From: a virus
IMG/VR virus record: IMGVR_UViG_3300028920_000048
DNA: 24,762 bases
Strand: one strand, 5' to 3'
The translations under genes and the position numbers were made by a program. Under the pieces are notes generated by a model. It saw only the letters and a list, made by a program, of their open reading frames with translations, did not search any database and had not been told where the DNA came from. This document shows, one piece after another, positions 1 through 5,862 of this stretch (positions are counted from its first letter, which is position 1; every line of letters begins with the position of its first letter).

Positions 1-150
1 CTTTCTGAATCAAAACAGTCTCAAAACCTCTTCCTTCAAGGTTCAGCTTTGAGTTCTTTAACTCCTCCAACGTAACCGTAAAGTCTTGTCGTTCCAAAAA
101 CCCAAGTCTCTTAAGTAAGATTTTCCAGATTCTTCCAAGTTTTTATCTAG

Positions 151-1767
151 CTACTTTACCTCCTTCCCATTCTCAAGCATTGGCATAGTCATGCCCATAA
201 GGACACGCACGCCCTGTTCCACGTTCGCCGAGAACATCGCCTTCAGCATCGGAATCCCAAGCCTATCCGGCGTGCTCACCGGGAGACTCGTCACATCAAC
301 TGAAAGCTCACGCACGCTTTCAGTCTCCGCCGCCATAACAGGGTTAATCTGGTAGATCGGAGTCGTATTGCCAATTTTCCTGAGCAAATGAACCACCTCG
401 GCGAATCGACCCGCCGGAGCGTTCTCATAGCCATCCGAAATAACAAAGATCACGTCCGGCTCGGCTTCCACTGCGTCCAAAAGCGCCTCAACCACGGACG
501 AGTCACCTTCCGGGAAAATCAGCTTTCCGGTTTTGTCCTTCATCGAGCGACCGCTACTTTGAAAGACCACACACTCTACCGCCACATATCGGAGAACGTC
601 ACGCACCGCCAGCGCAACCGCCATCGGACGAAGCTTCTGCGTCTTGTGCCCGAACATGCTGCCCGAAGCGTCGACCACAACCGCAACTTTATCAAACTTC
701 AAAGGCAGCTTCTCTGCGATCTCCTTCGCCTTCTTATCGCAGGCATCGGCAATCTTCTTGGTCATGCCCTGCTCGTAGGCGTACACATACAGGTCCACAA
801 TCCTCTGCTTTGTCGGATCGAAAGCGACCTTCACGCCAGCCGCCTTTGCCTGCTTCTGGACCTGCATCTTCTTGCGCTCAGACATGCCACCACGCTTGGC
901 AAGCTCAAGCACGTCTGCCTTCGTTGCAGTATCCTTATGATACCGACCACGCAAACCCTCCAGAGTCTCAATCGGCAAACCCTTTCCAGCCGACAGATTG
1001 GTCTTTGCCTTGACGAACTGCTTCAGCTTTGAGTGCGTCAAGTTCTCTTCATCGCCAAAAATGAATCGCACACACTCGTGGATTGTCGCCAGATTACGCC
1101 TGTCCCGATCTACAAACCTGTCCAGCCTGAAGCGCAAAATGCGCTTCTCCTTGGATGTGAGTTCAGCATCCGGCTTCTTAAGCAACTCAAAGACCAGCGT
1201 ACTCGTCCTGAGACCCCAAGCGTGCCGAAACACATTACGCAGCTTCCGACGGTACTTGACACACCAAAACGGCAAACTCTCAGCGTTCAGGTAGTAGCCA
1301 AGAATAATACGCTCGGTTCTGCTATTATGAATCTGCCCCGTTCTAACTCCGTCCTTCTTAACACCACCAAACGTCTGAAAGAGTTTGAGAGCCCTCTGCG
1401 GTTCAACATTCTCAACGAACCACTTAATCATCTTGAACTCAAGCTCCGGCGTTACGATAGAACGGCTGTCATTCTTGATCGGATTGGCAAGCAAACCAGC
1501 AATCGCCACCTGCCGGGAATAGTCCGTCACTCCGGGAAGCATCAAAGTGGCAGCATAAACGCCACGATCCAGCTTCATCAGCTCCTTATGAGCTTTGACC
1601 ACGGCATCAGCCTGATCCTCAGCCGTATTGTAGAAGGTCGCACGTTTGGTCGCAGTACACACGGCGTCAAGAAAGCTACTAAAGCGCCGACTAATCTCTG
1701 CCTTCACATTTGTATTCAAAACCGACAAGTCAACACCGGTCAGGACACCCAATGCTTGCGTTCCCAT
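151..1767 (-). CDS. Ro60/TROVE-like RNA-binding protein with C-terminal vWA domain
   Basis: ~538 aa. Basic, helical-looking N-terminal ~355 aa, then a vWA domain with MIDAS motif VVVDASGSM and downstream VISDGYEN. Size and layout match Ro60/Rsr, and the gene lies directly downstream of Y-like RNAs. Start moved from 1773 to ATG 1767 because the SD AAAGGAG abuts the first ATG and is 6 nt from the second. The vWA call is firm; the TROVE call is inference. Confidence 0.75.
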   Translation of the reverse strand: MGTQALGVLTGVDLSVLNTNVKAEISRRFSSFLDAVCTATKRATFYNTAEDQADAVVKAHKELMKLDRGVYAATLMLPGVTDYSRQVAIAGLLANPIKNDSRSIVTPELEFKMIKWFVENVEPQRALKLFQTFGGVKKDGVRTGQIHNSRTERIILGYYLNAESLPFWCVKYRRKLRNVFRHAWGLRTSTLVFELLKKPDAELTSKEKRILRFRLDRFVDRDRRNLATIHECVRFIFGDEENLTHSKLKQFVKAKTNLSAGKGLPIETLEGLRGRYHKDTATKADVLELAKRGGMSERKKMQVQKQAKAAGVKVAFDPTKQRIVDLYVYAYEQGMTKKIADACDKKAKEIAEKLPLKFDKVAVVVDASGSMFGHKTQKLRPMAVALAVRDVLRYVAVECVVFQSSGRSMKDKTGKLIFPEGDSSVVEALLDAVEAEPDVIFVISDGYENAPAGRFAEVVHLLRKIGNTTPIYQINPVMAAETESVRELSVDVTSLPVSTPDRLGIPMLKAMFSANVEQGVRVLMGMTMPMLENGKEVK

Positions 1768-1795
1768 GTTCATCTCCTTTCATTTTCATCATGTC

Positions 1796-1822
1796 AAAAC
1801 TACCGCTTAATATGCGGCAGTA
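1796..1822 (-). terminator. Putative intrinsic terminator between the ncRNA array and the vWA gene
   Basis: Minus strand ACUGCCGC-AUAUUAA-GCGGUAGU followed by a short U run. Confidence 0.45.
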
Positions 1823-1833
1823 CAAAAAAAAAC

Positions 1834-1921
1834 CAGAGTATCACGCAGGTCGCTTTTGTGTGTTTGAAAGAACGGGATTTGAACCCGCAACCTTCGGCCT
1901 GTAGCAACTTGCAAGTCTCTG
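1834..1921 (-). ncRNA. Y-like RNA E: shared scaffold carrying a tRNA 3'-half mimic (T arm)
   Basis: CAGAG-ACU-UGCAA-GUUGCU-ACAG...AGCGAC-CUGCG-UGAUA-CUCUG, followed by G and U9. Insert GCCGAAGGUU-GCGGG-UUCAAAU-CCCGU-UCUUUCAAACA has a canonical T loop. Confidence 0.75.
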
Positions 1922-1942
1922 CCTATTTCCAGTTTCCGTCTT

Positions 1943-2027
1943 TCGTCCAACCCGCACCTGCGGGCAAAAGAATACCCATCGTCATCCGTCCAACCTCGTC
2001 CAACCCGAACGTTCGGGCGAAAGAACA
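1943..2027. repeat. Two 32-bp imperfect direct repeats, each with an internal palindrome
   Basis: 1943-1974 tcgtccaacccgcacctgcgggcaaaagaata and 1996-2027 tcgtccaacccgaacgttcgggcgaaagaaca; 27/32 identical, with one compensatory pair change in the hairpin. Confidence 0.8.
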
Positions 2028-2068
2028 CGAACCCCGTAGTTTTTTTGCAACATACATCATAAGCAAAC

Positions 2069-2155
2069 GACTGAAGAATAGTGCAGGTCGCTTTGAGAGT
2101 CGTCTAGGCCCCGAAAAACCTTTCAGAACACTGAAGCCACGTACAAGTCTTAGTC
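2069..2155 (-). ncRNA. Y-like RNA D: shared scaffold carrying an unassigned hairpin
   Basis: GACUAAG-ACU-UGUAC-GUGGCU-UCAGUG...AGCGAC-CUGCA-CUAUU-CUUCAGUC; insert hairpin GUUCUGAAA-GGUU-UUUCGGGGC. Confidence 0.7.
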
Positions 2156-2168
2156 CGTAATTTAAGTT

Positions 2169-2253
2169 GCGGGAGAATGTCGCAGGTCGCTTTTGTAGCT
2201 AATTAGTAGGTTAGCAACCTATTGGCACTGTAGCAACGTGCAAGTCTCACCGC
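2169..2253 (-). ncRNA. Y-like RNA C: shared scaffold carrying an anticodon-arm-like hairpin (GCU)
   Basis: GCGGUGAG-ACU-UGCAC-GUUGCU-ACAGUG...AGCGAC-CUGCG-ACAUU-CUCCCGC; insert UAGG-UUGCUAA-CCUA. Confidence 0.72.
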
Positions 2254-2263
2254 TGAATGTCAA

Positions 2264-2400
2264 GCCGGAGTAAGACGAGAGTCGTTTCACTTCTTTCTCG
2301 TTTTCAAGACGAGCGCCCTTCCTTTGGGCTATTCAAGCAAGATTGGAGCTTGAAGTGGGACTCGAACCCACAACACTGTAACGACGCCCTAGTCTCCGGC
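2264..2400 (-). ncRNA. Y-like RNA B: shared scaffold enclosing a complete circularly permuted tRNA (anticodon UGA)
   Basis: 7-bp terminal stem GCCGGAG/CUCCGGC. Inside, in order: T arm GUGGG-UUCGAGU-CCCAC, UUCAAGC-U-CCA, linker AUCUU, GCUUGAA, UA, D arm GCCC-AAAGGAA-GGGC, G, anticodon arm CUCGU-CUUGAAA-ACGAG. Confidence 0.85.
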
Positions 2401-2410
2401 GTAATTTTTG

Positions 2411-2530
2411 CCCGATGTCCAAGTCACCCTGAGATTCCTCGTGACTCACTCCGCCTAGCGAAGCAGAATTCTAACGGTGCCGCCCACAACTAGCTCAGGG
2501 ATACGGCGGGCTCTCTGCAAGGACAACGGG
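2411..2530 (-). ncRNA. Unassigned structured RNA within the array
   Basis: Ends pair (CCCGUUGUCC / GGACAUCGGG). Internal complementary segments CCCUGAG/CUCAGGG, GAGUCAC/GUGACUU and UUCUGCUU/AGGCGGAG. Lacks the shared scaffold. Confidence 0.45.
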
Positions 2531-2537
2531 ATTTCAT

Positions 2538-2670
2538 GTCAGAGTATAGTACCAGTCAAGTTCTAGTTGCCGTCCACACGGCACTACCCCCGATAGCGGG
2601 GGTAGCGGGAGTCGAACCCGCTTGTCACTACGGATTGCAGTAACACTGTATTGACGAGAAAGTCTCTGAC
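2538..2670 (-). ncRNA. Y-like RNA A: YrlA-like (T arm, closed acceptor stem, D arm) with an extra hairpin
   Basis: 7-bp terminal stem GUCAGAG/CUCUGAC and inner GUCAA/UUGAC. Hairpin UGUUACUGC-AAUCC-GUAGUGACA, T arm GCGGG-UUCGACU-CCCGC, closed acceptor UACCCCCG-CUAU-CGGGGGUA, D arm GCCG-UGUGGA-CGGC. Confidence 0.85.
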
Positions 2671-2692
2671 TTGATTTCGCTTGTCTCACTTC

Positions 2693-2732
2693 CAGTTTTG
2701 AAAGAGCAACGAACGAACCTTTTGATTCGTCC
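2693..2732 (-). promoter_or_regulatory. rRNA-leader-like antitermination site (boxB-like hairpin + boxA)
   Basis: GGACGAAUC-AAAA-GGUUCGUUC hairpin followed by GUUGCUCUUUCAAAACUG, resembling rrn boxA (UGCUCUUUAACA), just downstream of the promoter. Confidence 0.6.
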
Positions 2733-2748
2733 TCAGCGCAACTCCCTA

Positions 2749-2776
2749 ATTATAGCACTAATCTCAAAAATGTCAA
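2749..2776 (-). promoter_or_regulatory. Consensus sigma70-type promoter for the ncRNA array and vWA gene
   Basis: TTGACA (2776-2771), 16-nt spacer ending in TGc, TATAAT (2754-2749): perfect -35 and extended -10, with an AT-rich tract upstream. Confidence 0.9.
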
Positions 2777-2927
2777 GCACTTTCTTGAAAAAAGTTTGCG
2801 GACGGCTCTTACACCGCCCGCAAACCATAACCAGCACTGAGCTTACAACAAAACTATGGCGTCAAAGTCAGCGTGCCAGCCTCTTCGTCCCAGTCAACTT
2901 TTGACCAACCTGCTTTCTGATACTCCA

Positions 2928-3095
2928 TTATAATCTCATGACAAATCTTTCAGTGATTCTATATTCGTCTGGTGCTGTCTTAATCTGCAAATTCTCAAAA
3001 TCCACTTCAACACTATACAGCTTTCCGTCATCTCTAGGTATACAATTATCCGCCAGCCATCTATCAATAGCATCAATAACGGCAGTCTTAATAAT
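2928..3095 (-). pseudogene. 3' fragment of an unknown gene truncated at the IS right end
   Basis: Start-less open frame IIKTAVIDAIDRWLADNCIPRDDGKLYSVEVDFENLQIKTAPDEYRITERFVMRL* beginning at the inferred IS end; AT-rich. Confidence 0.4.
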
Positions 3096-3096
3096 A

Positions 3097-3311
3097 CCGT
3101 TCCTTCAAACTTAGACAAAACCGACATCTAAGCACAAAGGTTTGTATCGGGAACCGTAGGTACCCGAAAGAAACCGTCCGAGAATATTCAAGGCAGCATT
3201 GATGTCTGCATTGCCAGTTAATCCACAAACCTGACACTTGAACTCCTCACCATGACGATTACTCCTATTGGTGTGACCACAGTTGGAACACTTCTGACTT
3301 GTATAAGCTGG
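3097..3311 (-). mobile_element. tnpB: tnpB 3' remnant A with probable right end (IS607/IS1341-like)
   Basis: DPAYTSQKCSNCG...FKCQVCG...NADINAALNI (Zn ribbon + RuvC III), then hairpin GCTTAGA..TCTAAGT and ...GGAACGG, taken as the element end. Confidence 0.8.
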
Positions 3312-3640
3312 GTCAATTACCACGGAGACGAGCCCCGTGGCTTGCCTTTCAATTAAGAAGGCTTCAGGGCTGATTGACTCGGCAGCCCGTTGTCCCGAAG
3401 GACAATATAGCGGTTCCTGATGTTTATCGCCGCATTTACGTCACTATGGCACTCAAAACCACATTGGGAGCATCTAAATATATGACGGCTTCTCGCACCA
3501 ATAAGACCACATCGAGAGCACAATTGACTCGTCTGATAAGGACTCACTTCATCGACGGCAACACCTATCAGTTCAGTCCGGCTTTCAATACACTGCCGGA
3601 GCAAGTTGTACGGAAACCCAGACAGTCTTCTGTGCAATGC
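3312..3640 (-). mobile_element. tnpB: tnpB 3' remnant B with IS200/IS605-type right end, nested in remnant A
   Basis: VSPYQTSQLCSRCG...FRCSQCG...SDVNAAINI, then AAG-CCACGGGG-CTCG-TCTCCGTGG-TAATTGAC subterminal hairpin and end. The 5' part of the gene is missing. Confidence 0.8.
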
Positions 3641-3723
3641 TTATTCAGCAAGCACTCTTACGAGTTCTTGCCTCTTCTGGCGTGTAGCAAACTTCAGGCT
3701 ACATTTACTGGACCTTGTTATCT

Positions 3724-4089
3724 TCATGTTTCTCTCAAACATTCCAACTGATAATTCGTTAACCTAACCTGAAATCTTTCTTCTATAGCATCTATCAAAT
3801 CTATCTCATTCACTTCTCCACGGGCTATTTCTTTGAACCATGTTTCATCGAATTCGGTAACAAATTTTGCAATACCATGATGGTTTGTCTCAAGATTAGA
3901 TGCTTCGTTTTTCATATTTTTCTTTGCGTCACTAATCTTTTGTTTTCCATCACCGAACCTATACCACATTGCTTCTTGAGCTCTCTCTTTAGAGTTATAT
4001 CCACAACCCTGAGCATCATCTAATGTTTTTCCATTGTCATCAACAATGATGAATCTCACACAATTGGGTTTTGGTATTACCTTCGCCAT
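3724..4089 (-). CDS. Hypothetical protein (AT-rich, likely acquired)
   Basis: 121-aa ORF with AGGAGG/AAGGAG upstream of the ATG; visibly lower GC than the replication genes. Confidence 0.7.
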   Translation of the reverse strand: MAKVIPKPNCVRFIIVDDNGKTLDDAQGCGYNSKERAQEAMWYRFGDGKQKISDAKKNMKNEASNLETNHHGIAKFVTEFDETWFKEIARGEVNEIDLIDAIEERFQVRLTNYQLECLRET

Positions 4090-4270
4090 TCTCCTTCCTC
4101 CTGTTCTTAGCCGAGCGTCTTCCGTATAGCTTGCCAGAGAATGATGCCATCAACATCATGATGTCGTTGACAAACTCTTCTTCGCTGTCCTTGTCTGGCT
4201 TATCAACACACTCTATCACAACTCCATAGCTGTTGAAAAACTTCTCCAAAATGTTGAACTGAAACCGTGT
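4040..4270 (-). pseudogene. tnpA: IS607-family serine recombinase TnpA, C-terminal fragment
   Basis: TRFQFNILEKFFNSYGVVIE...EEEFVNDIMMLMASFSGKLYGRRS matches the IS607 TnpA C-terminal pattern; the HTH and catalytic Ser region are absent. Confidence 0.8.
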
Positions 4271-4350
4271 TCCTCAGTCAATCCAAATGCTTCATCCGGT
4301 CCAAGCGCCATCTCGCGCCCTCCTTCTACGGAAAAACGGAAACAGAAACA

Positions 4351-4890
4351 CTATACCGCTTCCATAACAGCATCCTTCACACCTTCTACATCATCTACAT
4401 TAACCAACACGAAATCCAATCCCCACATCTTCAACGAAGCAAATATAAGCTCATCCATGACAACAGCTTGATCCACCGACTCGTACCGACCACTCGCATC
4501 ATACGGGATACTGTCCTGTCTCTTCAGAATAACATTGAACGAAGGATAAGCCCTCTCGAACTCCCAAGCGATGTCCGCCAGACCAGCCCACTCTTCGAGA
4601 CCATGCTTCCTTGCATAACACACAACCAAGAAGATAGGCGAGTCCGTAACCAGTAATTCCTGCCCGCCGCACCCCAACACAAGACTCTCATTGCGTATCT
4701 GCTCGCCAAAAACAAAAACCTGATCAAAAGTTCCCACCGACCGACCTTCATACGCCCATTGCTTAACGAACTCGCAAACAAGTTCCACCTTGCGCCCCTG
4801 ACGCTTCAGCTCTGCATAAACTTCGGCTGCAATAGTTGACTTTCCTACGCCCGGCCCCCCAAACAAATTGATCCTACGAACCTCTGTCAA
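4351..4890 (-). CDS. P-loop NTPase/kinase, NadR/Ttd14 (AAA_28)-like
   Basis: INLFGGPGVGKST Walker A, LVCEFVK, VTDSP; SD AAGGAG before TTG. Confidence 0.8.
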   Translation of the reverse strand: MTEVRRINLFGGPGVGKSTIAAEVYAELKRQGRKVELVCEFVKQWAYEGRSVGTFDQVFVFGEQIRNESLVLGCGGQELLVTDSPIFLVVCYARKHGLEEWAGLADIAWEFERAYPSFNVILKRQDSIPYDASGRYESVDQAVVMDELIFASLKMWGLDFVLVNVDDVEGVKDAVMEAV

Positions 4891-4893
4891 GTC

Positions 4894-5298
4894 TCACTCC
4901 TTCCGAGTTAATCGTTCCTCGGCACCATTCTCGAAAAGAAAGACCACATTCGGCAACGACCGCAATGGCTCCAAACCGGGACTAATCACCTTCTCCCAAA
5001 TCTTGTACCGATTCGCCAAACCAGACCCTAGCTGTGAGATCAGATAGAGCTTATTTGGATCATCCTCGATCTCCTTTTGAAGTCTCCGCAACTCCGCCCT
5101 GAAAACGGACAAATAGCACTTCGGCCTGTAGAATGACCGATCCAAATTATTAGGAGCCTTCTTTGTGACAAACCCAAAGACATTTGGCTCATCCCGAAGT
5201 TCCGCAGCACCCTTTTTACCACGACCGAGCAAATTGTCTCCGAACACGAAAACACAGTCCGGTCTTGCCCTCAAAAACTCCCTTGTTACCCGAAACAT
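4894..5298 (-). CDS. Phage protein with macro-domain-like VFVFGDN...G..GAA motif
   Basis: VFVFGDNLLGRGKKGAA and SQLGSGLA resemble the glycine-rich loops of phage macro-like proteins. Confidence 0.55.
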   Translation of the reverse strand: MFRVTREFLRARPDCVFVFGDNLLGRGKKGAAELRDEPNVFGFVTKKAPNNLDRSFYRPKCYLSVFRAELRRLQKEIEDDPNKLYLISQLGSGLANRYKIWEKVISPGLEPLRSLPNVVFLFENGAEERLTRKE

Positions 5299-5308
5299 TT
5301 TTCATTCC

Positions 5309-5860
5309 TCACGACAAGTAAGCACGAATTGCCTGCAATAACTGATCATACCCGCCCTCGAAATTCATATAAGACATACCCCACGTATGCAAGATCGTTA
5401 ACTCCAAGCCATGAATAATCATCTGATACCACGGATTAAGCGTACGACGACGATTATCAAGCAATGGAGTGCGACCCCACGGACAGAGGATCAAATGCGT
5501 GTATTTCGCAGCCTCACGGCATTCACTCACATACTTCTCAACCTTCATCGGCTCAACATCATGCAACTCAGCAACGAAGTACGCAGCAAGATCGACCAAA
5601 GTTCTGTCTGTTACGAAGGAACCGGCACTTCTCTCAGCATCCAAAGTCCGATAAAAAATCTCTTCCTGACGACCTTCCTGAGCAAGAAACCTCTCAATTT
5701 GGACACCAGAGCCATAATCATAGCCATCTCTACGAAGAACATCAAGCGTAATCTCCTTGGCTTCCAAAAAGGCAACACCCAAGTCACTAGATAACCGAGA
5801 AGCCAGCGATGTTTTTCCAGTTCCAGCACTGCCAACAATGCCAACTCTAACTTCGGCCAT
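5309..5860 (-). CDS. Second P-loop NTPase/kinase, NadR/Ttd14 (AAA_28)-like
   Basis: GIVGSAGTGKTS, FVTDRTLVD; SD AAGGAG. Confidence 0.8.
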   Translation of the reverse strand: MAEVRVGIVGSAGTGKTSLASRLSSDLGVAFLEAKEITLDVLRRDGYDYGSGVQIERFLAQEGRQEEIFYRTLDAERSAGSFVTDRTLVDLAAYFVAELHDVEPMKVEKYVSECREAAKYTHLILCPWGRTPLLDNRRRTLNPWYQMIIHGLELTILHTWGMSYMNFEGGYDQLLQAIRAYLS

Positions 5861-5862
5861 GA

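Noticed and set aside
1-150. Start of a downstream gene at the left edge
   Set aside because: One minus-strand frame is open but has no clear start codon or RBS; too little sequence to call.
1860-2625. Standard tRNA genes at the three GGTTCRA T-loop motifs
   Set aside because: None has a 5' half upstream in normal order; they are permuted or partial modules inside scaffolded RNAs.
1834-2670. CRISPR array
   Set aside because: The recurring motifs are paired 5'/3' halves of hairpin RNAs with irregular spacing. The 32-bp repeat has only two copies, and no cas genes are in the window.
2818-2848. Imperfect palindrome upstream of the promoter as a recombination or operator site
   Set aside because: Weak symmetry and only one copy in the window.
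1710-2904. Short ORFs over the ncRNA region (1710-1904, 1807-2028, 2257-2493, 2671-2904)
   Set aside because: No recognisable motifs or good RBS; the region is better explained by RNA structure and promoter elements.
2936-3127. 63-aa ORF in the track
   Set aside because: It crosses the inferred IS end; a different, start-less frame looks more protein-like.
3111-3637. Functional TnpB/Cas12f nuclease
   Set aside because: Only C-terminal 70-95 aa fragments remain; RuvC I/II and the N-terminal lobes are missing.
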